A stretch of DNA of 64,000 bases from Eledone cirrhosa (GCA_964016885.1 OZ024742.1:244838001-244902000); one strand, 5' to 3'; counted from the first letter of the stretch, positions 27,996-43,454 are shown. The notes: generated by a model not told the origin, from the letters alone. Numbers and translations: made by a program.

Positions 27996-28116
27996 GTATT
28001 AATAAGAGGAATTCCAACTTTGTCTGATTTACTCGTTTTATTTACAATCCTTTAAAATATATATAATGGTATTATAATGAAATAGTATGATAGAATATTA
28101 AATTCTAAGTGTTAAT

Positions 28117-28155
28117 TGAACAAGTACTTTCATGCTTTCGCAATCTTCAGGTTCA
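28117..28155 (-). ncRNA. Minimal type I hammerhead ribozyme
   Basis: Minus strand UGAAC-CUGAAGA-UUGCGAAAGCAU-GAAA-GUAC-UU-GUUCA: stem I UGAAC/GUUCA, stem II UGC/GCA with GAAA loop, palindromic stem III. Confidence 0.85.
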
Positions 28156-28530
28156 TGATATGTGGTGACAGTCGAGTTTGCAATTTTCAACTGTAATGAG
28201 ATGGGTAAATTTCCTACCTTTTATACATTTTATACAGAGAAAAGTGGCTCCAGAATGCAAAGCCCTGTAAACTGTATTTCGACCAATCAGTGTGTAGTTT
28301 CACTGAATTACTACAGCTGATTGGTTTAAGCGTCACGGCTGGTTGAGCATGCTAACGACCAATAGTCATATCCAACGTATCAATTGTTTTGCTTTTTTGA
28401 AATGATGAAAATAGCATTTTCTATTAATCATCACCATCAACATCACTTTTATTATTATTATTATTGTTGTTGTTGTTGTTGTTAGTGGTCGTGGTCATAG
28501 TGGTAGTAGAAGTAATACCCCTAGGCGTTA

Positions 28531-30717
28531 TTATTGTTCATTTAGCTTGGGTTTGAATTTATCAATAAAATTCTTTTCTTTGATTTTTCTCTTGATTTCA
28601 CTTGGGCTGTGTAATTTGTAGAATGGGAATATTATAAATATTCCCTGACCACATGTTGCCAGGTGGCCGCTTAGGGGTATCTGACGGACATTTGGGTCTC
28701 TGATTTGTTGACGGTGTACCCGTGCACGTTCCGATAGTGCATTTCCAGTTTGACCGACATATAGTTCTTCACAATTCGGGCATTTAATGCAGTAAATTAG
28801 ATTTCTGCTTTTGCAGTTCATATTTGCATTTGTGAATATTTTTCCAGTTTTTGTTTTCATATATTGACCGGCGTGTATGGATTGACATGTGCCGCATCGA
28901 TTATCATTGCATTTAGATACAGTGAATGATTGGTCTTTGTTGTTAAGGTCAAACTTTGCTTTTGTTAGCAATTGCTTCAAATTTTTTGGCTGTCTTTTAC
29001 TAAGAGTCAAAGATCGATCTGTGATTAAGCCTTTTAATTCATTACTTTGAGCAATGATCGGTAGGTTTGCTTTGGCAGTGTTGAAGATATTCTGGTGACA
29101 TGGGTTGTGTGTCATTATAAATGGTATGACCAGTTCTTGGTTTCTTCTTCTTTGGGTTGTTCTAAGTTGTTGTATAGGTATTTTTATAGCCCGCTGTATG
29201 CCATTTTCTATAAGTAGAGATGGGTATTTTTGTTTGAGCAAAAATTCTCTTAGTTCTGTTAGGCGTTTGTACCTGGTATTCGTATCTTCTACAATGGTAC
29301 AAATTCTTCTGGCTAGGCAGTATGGGATGTTGCGTTTTGTATGAGGTGGATGGCACGACTTAAAATTCAGATATTGATGGGTGTCTGTGTGTTTATAATA
29401 TATATCCGTGGTAATGGTGGTGTCGTTTTTGATTATCATTATATCTAGGAATGGTAATTTGGTCCTACTCATCTCTTTTGTGAATTGGAGAGATGGGTGT
29501 AGGTTATTCAGGAGGATATTGAACTCATCCAGAGTATCTAGAGATTCTGTCCAGATGATGAAACAGTCGTCAAGGTATCTCTTCCAAGATTTTTCAATGT
29601 ACTTTCTAAAGTCAGTACTATATTTTTCCTCTATTTCTTGGTAGAGTTGTTGTTCTAAGTATCCCATTACAGAGTTCGCGTAAACGGGAGCAAACTTCGT
29701 TCCCATCGCTGTGCCTCTAATTTGGATGTAATTCTTTCCATTGAAGAAGAAAGTGTTGTTTTCCAGAATAAGTTTAACTGCGTCTAATATAAATGGCGCT
29801 GTGAATCTAATGGGAATCACTTCTCTATGTTTTTCCACCCAGTATTTAACCGCCTTTATTCCTAAATCATGTGTAATGTTGGTGTAAAGGCTTACCACAT
29901 CAAAACTGAGTAGAAGTGAATTCGTTTCCGTGGTTTTGGGAAGATGGGACAGGAAGTCGATATCATCCCGGATGAAACTGGGTATGTGAATACATAGTGG
30001 TTTCAAAATAATGTCAACAAAATTGCTTAGACGGTGAGTGGGGCATGTTGGACCAGCTATAATAGGTCTAAGTTTTAAGTCTTTTGGGTGTAATAATTTA
30101 ATGTACTCACTGTTTTGTTCTCTTACTGCCAGTTGTATTTCTTTTGACTTGTGAACTTTCGGTAGGCCATACAGGTTGCTGGGTTTCGGCTCAAAATTGG
30201 TGATGTAGTCTCTTTCCTTATCAGTAAATGAGTTGTGGTATTTTGAAGCCAGGTTGTTGATCTTCTTCATGATGTTGTGGTCTATATTTGACGGTATTTC
30301 ATGATAGAATGTTGTGTCTTTCAGTTGTTCCTCAACCAAATCCTTGTAGTATTCAGTATCCATTATAACAACTGCACCCCCTTTATCTGCTTGTTTAATT
30401 ATTATTGTTTTATCATTTTGTATACGTTTAAGTGCAGACATTTCTGATTTGTTAATGTTTGGCCTAACATTAGTATTATGTCTAAGAGGAAATTTAGACA
30501 GGATGTCAATGTATTGGTCGAGATAGATATTTCTTCCTTTTGGCGGAGTGAAATTTGATTTATTCTTTACTAGTGATTCATCACTCTCATTATTTTTATC
30601 AGCGAAGAATTCTACAAGACGTAATTTTCGACAGAATTCTTGGGTATCCTCCTTCAGTTCTTGGTGGTTGACTGTTGGAGTCGGTGTGAATTTCAGTCCT
30701 TTTGACAGAATTTGCAT
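28531..30717 (-). CDS. Penelope-like RT + GIY-YIG endonuclease (728 aa from first ATG; frame open to the junction at about 31003)
   Basis: IINLS..L...E.QILSKGLKFTPTP, ADKGGAVV, YGLPKVHK, FDVVSLYT, GTAMG, RYLDD, FLD, CNDNRCGTC, LIYCIKCPNCEELYVGQTG; no stops. Confidence 0.95.
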   Translation of the reverse strand: MQILSKGLKFTPTPTVNHQELKEDTQEFCRKLRLVEFFADKNNESDESLVKNKSNFTPPKGRNIYLDQYIDILSKFPLRHNTNVRPNINKSEMSALKRIQNDKTIIIKQADKGGAVVIMDTEYYKDLVEEQLKDTTFYHEIPSNIDHNIMKKINNLASKYHNSFTDKERDYITNFEPKPSNLYGLPKVHKSKEIQLAVREQNSEYIKLLHPKDLKLRPIIAGPTCPTHRLSNFVDIILKPLCIHIPSFIRDDIDFLSHLPKTTETNSLLLSFDVVSLYTNITHDLGIKAVKYWVEKHREVIPIRFTAPFILDAVKLILENNTFFFNGKNYIQIRGTAMGTKFAPVYANSVMGYLEQQLYQEIEEKYSTDFRKYIEKSWKRYLDDCFIIWTESLDTLDEFNILLNNLHPSLQFTKEMSRTKLPFLDIMIIKNDTTITTDIYYKHTDTHQYLNFKSCHPPHTKRNIPYCLARRICTIVEDTNTRYKRLTELREFLLKQKYPSLLIENGIQRAIKIPIQQLRTTQRRRNQELVIPFIMTHNPCHQNIFNTAKANLPIIAQSNELKGLITDRSLTLSKRQPKNLKQLLTKAKFDLNNKDQSFTVSKCNDNRCGTCQSIHAGQYMKTKTGKIFTNANMNCKSRNLIYCIKCPNCEELYVGQTGNALSERARVHRQQIRDPNVRQIPLSGHLATCGQGIFIIFPFYKLHSPSEIKRKIKEKNFIDKFKPKLNEQ

Positions 30718-31017
30718 TTCATCATTGTCAAGATCTCTTTTAGATAAATTAATTATTTTAGGATCTACGTGTACAGCTGTTTTGGGTATGTTTCCTCCTG
30801 GAGTTTTTCTTTTTCCGGTTTTTGTTGTCCTGACGTTAAAAAATGAATTTTTCTCTGTTCAGGATTTATATTCCTGTTGGTGTTCGCTTGATGAACTTTT
30901 GGTCGTGATATTATATTTGGTTTCGTTATGTATTTTGTCCTATTTTTGGTATTCTGTATATTATTTTTCTTCCTGTTAGCATTATTTTTAACAATCTGGG
31001 AAATAATATATATATGT

Positions 31018-31061
<44 letters not shown>

Positions 31062-31078
31062 TATTAATATATATATGT

Positions 31079-31124
<46 letters not shown>

Positions 31125-31147
31125 GTATATATATGTATATATATATG

Positions 31148-31210
<63 letters not shown>

Positions 31211-31232
31211 GTATATATATATGTATATATAT

Positions 31233-33376
31233 GTTGTGATGTCATTGGAGAGAAGTGTATCCGGAATGATAAAGGTGAGCTTGCCCTCACAAGTGCTGAG
31301 AAGAAAGATGCATGGAAGAGTCATTATGATAGATTACTAAATGAGGAGAATGCATGGGAAGAAGAGACCCTACCCCACGTAGACCCTATAGAGGGACCAG
31401 CAGTACAAGTCAGCGGCAGCGTAGTAAGTAAGGTAATCAGAGATATGAAGATAGGGAAGGCAACCGGTCCATCGGGTATAGCTGCCGAGATGCTGAAGGC
31501 ATCTGGGTCTGTAGGTCACACTATAACCACACGTATCGTTAACCAGGTAATACTAGAGGGGGCCATACCAAAAGATTGGTGCAGTAGCATCATTGTCAAC
31601 TGCTACAAAGGTAAAGGCGATGCACTAGATAGAGGAAACTATAGAGGTATAAAGTTGATGGACCAGGTCATGAAAGTAACAGAAAGAGTTATAGCACAGC
31701 TGATTAGGGACCGGGTGAATATAGACGAGATGCAATTTGGGTTTGTACCAGGGAAAGGCACCACTGATGCGCTCTTCCTTGTGAGGCAATTACAGGAAAA
31801 GTACCTAGCTAAAAGTAAGCCACTCTACTTGGCATTTGTCGACCTTGAGAAAGCCTTTGACAGAGTTCCACGTGCAGTAATCTGGTGGGCTCTTAGAAAA
31901 CTAGGAGTAGATGAATGGCTTGTGAAAGCGGTACAAGCCATGTATAGGGGAGCAGTCAGCAAAGTTAGGATTGGCAATGAGTATAGCGAGGAATTTAGCG
32001 TACAGGTTGGGGTCCACCAGGGCTCTGTTCTTAGCCCTCTCCTGTTCATCATAGTCCTGCAGGCAATAACGGAGGAGTTTAAGACCGGATGCCCATGGGA
32101 ACTCCTGTATGCTGATGACCTCGCACTCATAGCTGAATCTATGGTAGAACTAGAGAATAAATTCCAAACCTGGAAGCAGGGACTAGAGAGAAAGGGCCTC
32201 AAAGTCAACATGACAAAGACTAAGGTCCTTATAAGTAGACGAGAAAACAGAACCCAGATCCCCTCAGGGAAATGGCCTTGCTCAGTATGTAGGAAAGGTG
32301 TAGGTAGGAACTCCATTCTTTGCCCCAAATGCAAACAATGGGTACACAAGAGATGTAGCGGGATCTCAGGAAGCTTAATTAAGAATGTAGGATTCACATG
32401 CAGCAGCTGTGCTGAAACAGCAAGCAAACAGCCACAGGAAACAAGTACCACCAATCTCTGGGAGGGCCCTGTAGAAACAGTAGACAGCTTCTGCTACCTA
32501 GGTGACCGAATTAGCAACGGAGGTGGGTGCTCAGAAAGTACAATAACTAGGGTAAGAACGGGATGGAAGAAGTTTAGGGAACTACTACCACTGCTAGCTG
32601 CAAAAGGCTTCTCCCTCAGAATGAAAGGCAGACTGTATGATGCGTGTATCCGAACAGCGATGTTGCATGGTAGTGAGACCTGGGCGCTGAAGGTGGAAGA
32701 CTTACGTAGATTAGAGAGAAACGAAGCCTGCATGCTCCGATGGATGTGTAACAGTAATATACGTGAACGACAAAGCATAAATGAATTGAGAGAGAGACTG
32801 AGCATAAGAGGAATCAAATGCTGCGTGCAGGAGAGGCGGTTACGCTGGTATGGACATGTGATGCGTATGAAGGATGACAGCTGCATAAAAAGGTGCAGAG
32901 CACTAGAAGTTGATGGAAACCGCGGAGTGGGAGACCCAAGATGACTTGGGATGAGGTGATAAAAGCCGACCTTACCCAACTACACCTCTCAAAGTCAATG
33001 ACACACGACCGTGACTTCTGGCGTCACGCAGTAATACAGGGTACCCGACCTCCCATGGGTACATGCTGAAGCATATAAACAATATGCCCCCCCCCCCCCC
33101 CCCACCGCAAGGTGGTCGTGGAGGTGCCACGGCAAAAAAGCACCCAGCCCACACTGTAAAGTGGACGTGTAGGGCGCCACGAAAAAGCACCCAGCACTCA
33201 CTGTAAATGAGGTTGGTGTTAGGAAGGGCATCCAGCTGTAGAAATCAAGCCAGATCAGTTCCTGTATGAGCAAGGCATGGTCAGCCGACCAGACACTGCC
33301 CACAACAGGACAACCCGTCTAACCCATGCTAGCGTGGAAGAACGGACGTAAAACGGTGATGATGATGATGATGATG
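31233..33376 (+). mobile_element. RTE family A, 5'-truncated, near-identical to the full-length copy
   Basis: Collinear with 47723-49863; a one-G difference at about 32930 shifts the frame (possibly a homopolymer error); (GAT)n tail. Confidence 0.95.
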
Positions 33377-33411
33377 TATATATTATATATATATATGTAT
33401 GTATATATATG

Positions 33412-33445
<34 letters not shown>

Positions 33446-33461
33446 TGTATGTATATATATG

Positions 33462-33495
<34 letters not shown>

Positions 33496-33511
33496 TGTAT
33501 GTATATATATG

Positions 33512-33545
<34 letters not shown>

Positions 33546-33671
33546 TGTATATATATGTATATATATATGTATATATATATGTATATATATGTATATGTAT
33601 ATATATATGTATATATATATGTATATATATGTATATATATGTATATATATGTATATATATATGTATATATG

Positions 33672-33702
<31 letters not shown>

Positions 33703-33828
33703 GTATATATGTATATATATGTATATATATATATATATGTATATATATGTTATATATGTATATATGTATATATATGTATATATATGTATATATATGTATA
33801 TATGTATATATATATATGTATATATATG

Positions 33829-33859
<31 letters not shown>

Positions 33860-34914
33860 GTATATAGTATATATATGTATATATGTATATATATATGTAT
33901 ATATATGTATATATATATATGTATATATATGTATATATATATATATATATGTATATATATGTATATATGTATATATATATATATGTGTATATATGTATAT
34001 ATGTATATATATATATATGTGTATATATGTATATATGTATATATATATATACGTGTATATATGTATATATATGTATATATGTATATATATGTATATATAT
34101 GTATATATGTATATATATATATATATGTATATATGTATATATATATATGTATATATATGTATATTTATATATGTATATATGTATATATATATATGTATAT
34201 GTATATATATATATGTATACTGTATATATATATATGTATATATATATGTATATGTATATATATATATGTATATATATATGTATATGTATATATATATATG
34301 TAATGTATATATATATATGTATATATATGTATATATATATATATGTATATGTATATATATGTATATATATATATATGTATATATATGTATATATATATAT
34401 ATATGTATATATATGTATATATATATATATATGTATATATATGTATATATATATATACATGTATATATATATGTATATATATATAACATGTATATATATG
34501 TATATGTATATATATGTATATATATATGTATATATATGTATATATGTATATATATGTATATGTATATATGTATATATATGTATATATGTATATATATATG
34601 TATATATATGTATATATATATATATGTATATATATGTATATATATGTATATACGTATATATATGTATATATGTATATATATATATATATGTATATATGTA
34701 TATATATATATATATGTATATATATGTATATATATATATATATGTATATATGTATATATATGTATATATATATATATATGTATATATATGTATATATATA
34801 TATATATGTATATATATGTATATATATATATATATGTATATATATGTATATATGTATATATATATATATATGTATATATATGTATATATGTATATATATA
34901 TATGTGTATATATG

Positions 34915-34945
<31 letters not shown>

Positions 34946-35204
34946 GTATATATGTATATATATATATATATATGTATATATATGTATATATATGTATATA
35001 TATATATATATGTATATATATGTATATATGTATATATATGTATATATATGTATATATATATATGTATATATGTATATTATATATGTATATATATGTATAT
35101 ATGTATATATAATGTATATGTGTATATATGTATATATATATGTATATGTATATATATGTATATATATATGTATATGTATATATATGTATATATATATGTA
35201 TATG

Positions 35205-35271
<67 letters not shown>

Positions 35272-35456
35272 GTATATTATATGTATATATATGTATATAT
35301 ATATGTATATATATATGTATATATATATGTAGATATATGTATATATATATATGTATATATATATGTATATATATATGTATATGTATTATATATATGTATA
35401 TATATGTGTATATATATATGTATATATATGTGTATATATATATGTATATATATGTG

Positions 35457-35493
<37 letters not shown>

Positions 35494-35498
35494 GTATG

Positions 35499-35547
<49 letters not shown>

Positions 35548-35584
35548 GTATATATATATGTATATATATATATATATAGATATG

Positions 35585-35615
<31 letters not shown>

Positions 35616-35678
35616 GTATATATATATATGTATATATATATGTATATATATATATATGTATATATATATATGTATATA

Positions 35679-35747
<69 letters not shown>

Positions 35748-35818
35748 GTATATATGTATATATATGTATATATATATATATATGTATATATATGTATATA
35801 TATATATATATGTATATA

Positions 35819-35897
<79 letters not shown>

Positions 35898-35898
35898 G

Positions 35899-35977
<79 letters not shown>

Positions 35978-35987
35978 GTATATATAT

Positions 35988-36035
<48 letters not shown>

Positions 36036-36036
36036 G

Positions 36037-36085
<49 letters not shown>

Positions 36086-36101
36086 GTATATATTATATGT
36101 C

Positions 36102-36150
<49 letters not shown>

Positions 36151-36162
36151 GTATATATATGT

Positions 36163-36196
<34 letters not shown>

Positions 36197-36304
36197 GTAT
36201 ATATATGTATATATATATGTATATGTATATATATGTATATTAGTATATATATATATATAGATATATTATATATATGTATATATATATATATATGTATATA
36301 TATG

Positions 36305-36335
<31 letters not shown>

Positions 36336-36346
36336 GTATATATATG

Positions 36347-36405
<59 letters not shown>

Positions 36406-36422
36406 GTATATGTATATATATG

Positions 36423-36453
<31 letters not shown>

Positions 36454-36478
36454 GTATATATATATATGTATATATATG

Positions 36479-36513
<35 letters not shown>

Positions 36514-36528
36514 GTGTATATATATATG

Positions 36529-36633
<105 letters not shown>

Positions 36634-37391
36634 GTATGTATATATATATATGTATATGTATAATATATGTATATATATGTATGTATATATATATATGTAT
36701 ATGTATGTATATATAATGTATGTAATATATATATATGTATATGTAGATATATATGTATATATATGTTTATGTATATATATATATATGTATATATATGTAT
36801 GTAATATATATATATGTATATGTATATATATATGTTATATATATATATGTATGTATATATATATATGTATGTATATATATATATATATATTATGTAAATA
36901 TATATATATGTATGGTATATATATATATTATGTATATATAGTATATATATATATGTATGTATATATATATATGTATATGTATATATATATGTATATATAT
37001 ATATGTATGTATATAATATATATATATGTAATTATATATATATATATATAGTATGTATATTATATATGTATATATATATATGTATGTATATATATATGTA
37101 TCTATATATATATATGTATCTATATATATATGTATATATATATGTATATATATATATATGTATCTATATATATATGTATATGTATATATATATATATGTA
37201 TCTATATATATATGTATATATATATGTATATATATTATATGTATATATATGTATATATATATGTATATATATATGTATATATGTATATATATATATATGT
37301 ATATATGTATATGTATTATATATATGTATATATATATATTATATGTATTTATATATGTATATATATATATATATGTATATGTATATATATG

Positions 37392-37424
<33 letters not shown>

Positions 37425-37735
37425 GTATATGTATATTATATGTATATATAGATATATATATATGTATATGTATATATATGTATATATATGTATATGTATA
37501 TATTGTATATATATGTATATGTATATATATGTAATATATATGTAGTATATCTGTCTAGTATAAGTATATATATGTATATATATATATATATGTATATATG
37601 TATATATGTATATATATGTATAGTATATGTATATATATATATATGTATATATATGTATATATATGTATATATATATATATGTATATATATTATATATAGT
37701 ATATATATATAATATATGTATCTATATATATTATG

Positions 37736-37784
<49 letters not shown>

Positions 37785-37853
37785 GTATCTATATATATAT
37801 ATGTATATATATATATTATATGTATATAATTATAGTATATATATGTTAATAAT

Positions 37854-38106
<253 letters not shown>

Positions 38107-38167
38107 GTATATAAATATATATATGTATATATATATATATGTATATGTATATATATATATGTATATG

Positions 38168-38201
<34 letters not shown>

Positions 38202-38211
38202 TATGTATATG

Positions 38212-38320
<109 letters not shown>

Positions 38321-38321
38321 G

Positions 38322-38354
<33 letters not shown>

Positions 38355-38428
38355 GTATATATATATATGTATATATATATATGTATATATATATATGTAT
38401 ATATATATATGTATATGTATATGTATAT

Positions 38429-38518
<90 letters not shown>

Positions 38519-38529
38519 GTATATATGTA

Positions 38530-38590
<61 letters not shown>

Positions 38591-38631
38591 ATATATATAT
38601 ATGTATATATATGTATATATTTATATATATG

Positions 38632-38668
<37 letters not shown>

Positions 38669-38680
38669 GTATATATATAT

Positions 38681-39291
38681 GTTATGTCAGGTCACCAGTT
38701 GGTGCTACTGGTAACATGTATCCCAGTACAACCTGTCTCATGGTCGGGTCGTTGGCGACTAAACTGGCAATCCCACCAAGGTTTCTTGGTGAGGAGGGTG
38801 ACTTTGGACATCCTGCGGGACTAAAAACAAAACCTGTCAAAGGGCAAAGGAGCTCTTAAGAGTCAATGGCCATCCAAAATCACCGGGAGAGATGACCCCT
38901 TAGCCTTTGTCAAGGCAGAATTCTAGGAGAAGGAAAACTCTGATATAACACCTGCAACTCTGATGGTATCCAATGATGTTGACTTGTTCTTCTTTTTGGT
39001 AAATATCATCTTGGTTAACAGAGTGGGACTGGCTTTGTGCAGTGCCTTTACTCACTATAAAAGCTTCACGGCACAGGCATTGCTTTATATCTGGAGATCT
39101 CTCTGCACTTGTCGTCACATGGTACCATGGGCCCAGCACTGTGTCAATAATTGTCACAAGTGTAGTGTTTGTACCGGAGTTTTCAAGTCGCTGGCTGGAC
39201 TAAAAAGTCACACTTGTTTAGCGCATCGGTAGGGGTTCTCCTACATGGATATAAAGTAGTGGCCGTACTCGAAAACGAGTTGGCAGCCACC
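38681..39291 (+). mobile_element. Non-autonomous bipartite RTE derivative (5' UTR + C-terminal C2H2 finger + 3' hairpin)
   Basis: RTE 5'-UTR-type motif CTAGGAGAAGGAAAACTCTGAT; CSVC-x12-H-x4-H then stop at 39232; terminal hairpin 39259-39290; TA on both sides. Confidence 0.7.
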
Positions 39292-39310
39292 ATATATATA
39301 TGTATGTATG

Positions 39311-39345
<35 letters not shown>

Positions 39346-39392
39346 ATATATATGTATATATATATATGTATATATATATTTATATATATATG

Positions 39393-39423
<31 letters not shown>

Positions 39424-39482
39424 GTATGTATGTATATATATATGTATATATATATATGTATATATATATTTATATATATATG

Positions 39483-39613
<131 letters not shown>

Positions 39614-39614
39614 G

Positions 39615-39805
<191 letters not shown>

Positions 39806-40041
39806 GTATATGTATATATATATGTATATATATATGTATATATATATGTATATATATATGTATATATATATGTATATATATATGTATATATATATGTATA
39901 TGTATATGTATATGTATATATATATGTATATGTATATATATATGTATATATATATATATGTATATGTATATATATATGTATATATATATGTATATATATA
40001 TGTATATATATATGTATATATATATGTATATGTATATGTAT

Positions 40042-40075
<34 letters not shown>

Positions 40076-40380
40076 ATATGTATATGTATATGTATATGTA
40101 TATATATATATATATGTATATGTATATGTATATATATATGTATATATATATGTATATATATATATATATGTATATGTATATATATATGTATATATATATG
40201 CATATATATATATATGTATATGTATATATATATGTATATATATATGCATATATATATATATATATATGTGTATGTATATATATATGTATATATGTGTATG
40301 TATATATATATGTATATATGTGTATGTATGTATATATATGTATATATATATGCATATATATATATATATATATGTGTATG

Positions 40381-40415
<35 letters not shown>

Positions 40416-40542
40416 GTATGTATATATATATGTATATATGTGTATGTATGTATATATGTGTATGTATATATATATGTATATATGTGTATGTATGTATATA
40501 TGTGTATGTATATATATATATATATATATGTATATATGTGTG

Positions 40543-40602
40543 GTCCCACCCTTGCAAGCAGGGAAAAGCGGACGTAAAATGATGATGATGATGATGATGA
40601 TG
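40543..40602 (+). mobile_element. 60-bp extreme 5'-truncated RTE-B insertion
   Basis: GTCCCACCCTTGCAAGCAGGGAAAAGCGG is identical to 24114-24142, then ACGTAAAA and (TGA)n. Confidence 0.9.
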
Positions 40603-40791
40603 TATATGTATATGTGTGTATGTATATATGTGTATGTATATATATGTATATATGTGTATGTATATATATATGTCTATATGTGTATGTATATATGTGTATG
40701 TATATATATGTCTATATGTGTATGTATATATGTGTATGTATATATATATATGTGTGTGTATATATATGTGTATGTATATATATATATATAA

Positions 40792-43454
40792 CCACAAAAG
40801 CCTTCCCTAGTGAGGAATGTACCTCCCAACATAGCTTAGTTGTCAGCGATCTCACGGTCAGAACTAGACGAACCTGGAAACAGAGTCCAACCTGGAGAAG
40901 AAAGATCTGGAAGCTGAAAGACCTCTCAACCAGTAACAGATTTTAAAATATTTTACTCAACACCTACGACAGTAAAGAAGAACAGATAGAGACATTCAAT
41001 GTAGAAGAGAACTGGGAGTTCCTAAAAAATAATTTACTAGAGGCGACGGATGAGGTCTGTGGCTGGAGTAAGACCTCAAGCAGGAGGAGTGTAACTTGGT
41101 GGTGGAACAATAAGGTAGATGAAGCAGTTAAGGCCAAGAGACAGGCATGGAAAGAACGGAAGAACGGGGGAGCAGGGTACAGTACATAGAGACCAAGAGG
41201 GAAGCTAGGCGACAAGTATACTTAGCTAGGAGGGAAGCAAAGGATAGAAAATTCAAACATGTTTTGCAACGTGAGGACCAGAAACAGGAGGTGTTCAAGA
41301 TTGTGAGGCAGTGTGTCAGAGATAGTTGTGATGTCATTGGAGAGAAGTGTATCCGGAATGATAAAGGTGAGCTTGCCCTCACAAGTGGTGAGAAGAAAGA
41401 TGCACGGAAGAGTCATTATGATAGATTACTAAATGAGGAGAATGCATGGGAAGAAGAGACCCTAGCCCAAGTAGACCCTATAGAGGGGCCAGCAGTACAA
41501 GTCAGCAGCAACGTAGTAAGTAAGGTAATCAAAGATATGAAGATGTGGAAGGCAACCGGTCCATCGGGTATAGCTGCCGAGATGCTGAAGGCATCTGGGT
41601 CTGTAGGTCACACTATAACCACACGTATTGTTAACCAGGTAATACTAGGTGTCATACCAAAAGATTGGTGCAGTAGCATCATTGTCAACTGCTACAAAGG
41701 TAAAGGTGATGCACTAGATAGAGGAAACTATAGAGGTATAAAGTTGATGGACCAGGTCATGAAAGTAACAGAAAGAGTTATAGCACAGTTGATTAGGGAC
41801 CGGGTGAAAATAGACGAGATGCAATTTGGGTTTGTACCAGTAAGAGGCACCACTGATGCCCTCTTCCTTGTGAGGCAGTTACAGGAAAAGTACCTAGCTA
41901 AAAGTAAGCCACTCTACTTGGTATTTGTCGACCTTGAGAAAGCTTTGACAGAGTTCCACGTGCTGTAATCTGGTGGGCTCTTAGAAAACTAGGAGTAGAT
42001 GAATGGCTTGTGAAAGCGGTACAAGCCATGTATAGGGGAGCAGTCAGCAAAGTTAGGATTAGCAATGAGTATAGCGAGGAATTTAGCGTACAGGTTGGGG
42101 TCCACCAGGGCTCTGTTCTTAGCCCCCTCCTGTTCATCATAGTCCTGCAGGCAATAACGGAGGAGTTTAAGACCGGATGCCCATGGGAACTCCTGTATGC
42201 TGATGACCTCGCACTTACAGCTGAATCTATGGTAGAACTAGAGAATAAATTCCAAACTTGGAAGCAGGGACTAGAAAGAAAGGGTCTCAAAGTCAACATG
42301 ACAAAGACTAAGGTCCCTGTAAGTAGACGAGAAAACAGAACCCAGATCCCCTCAGGGAAATGGCCTTGCTCAGTATGTAGGAAAGGTGTAGGTAGGAACT
42401 CCGTTCTCTGCCCCAAATGCAAACAATGGGTACACAAGAGATGTAGCGGGATCTCAGGAAGCTTAATTAAGAATGTAGACTTCACATGCAGCAGCTGTAC
42501 TGGGACAGCAAGCAGTAAACAGCCACAGGAAACAAGTACCACCAATCTCTGGGAGGGCTCTGTAGAAACAGTAGACAGCTTCTGCTACCTAGGTGACCGA
42601 ATTAGCAGCGGAGGTGGGTGTTCAGAAAGTACAATAACTAGGGTAAGAACGGGATGGAAGAAGTTTAGGGAACTACTACCACTGCTAGCTGCAAAAGGCT
42701 TCTCCCTCAGAATGAAAGGCAGACTGTATGATGCGTGTATCCGAACAGCAATGTTGCATGGTAGTGAGACCTGGGTGCTGAAGGTGGAAGACTTATGTAG
42801 ATTAGAGAGAAATGAAGCCTGCATGCTCCGATGGATGTGTAACAGTAATATACGTGAACGACAAAGCATAAATGAATTGAGAGAGAGACTGAGCATAAGA
42901 GGAATCAAATGCTGTGTGCAGGAGAGGCGGTTGCGCTGGTATGGACATGTGATGCGTATGAAGGATGACAGCTGCATAAAAAGGTGCAGAGCACTGGAAG
43001 TCGATGGAAACCGCGGAGTGGGGAGACCCAAGATGACCTGGGATGAGGTGATAAAAGCCGACCTTACCCAATTACACCTCTCAAAGGCAATGACACATGA
43101 CCGTGACCTCTGGCGTCACGCAGTAATACAGAGTACCCGACCTCCCATGGGTACAAGCTGAAGCATATAGACAATATGCCCCCACACCCCCCACCGCAAG
43201 GTGGTCGTGGAGGTGCCACGGCAAAAAAGCACCCAGCCCACACTGTAAAGTGGTCATAGAGGTGCCACGAAAAAGCACCCAGCACTCACTGTAAATGAGG
43301 TTGGTGTTAGGAAGGGCATCCAGCTGTAGAAATCAAGCCAAATCAGTTCCTGTATGAGCAAGGCATGGTCAGCCGACCAGACACTGCCCACAACAGGACA
43401 ACCTGTCTAACCCATGCTAGCGTGGAAGAACGAACGTAAAACGGTGATGATGAT
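40792..43454 (+). mobile_element. RTE family A, 5'-truncated and inactivated
   Basis: Collinear with 47190-49863; premature TAA at 40944-46 and a 1-nt deletion near 41943; GAT tail. Confidence 0.95.

Larger units (their letters stand above)
28000..31005 (-). mobile_element. Penelope-like element (Neptune-type), 5'-truncated, inserted in the TA array
   Basis: RT + GIY-YIG ORF, 3' UTR with hammerhead motif; both junctions fall in TA repeats. Confidence 0.95.
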
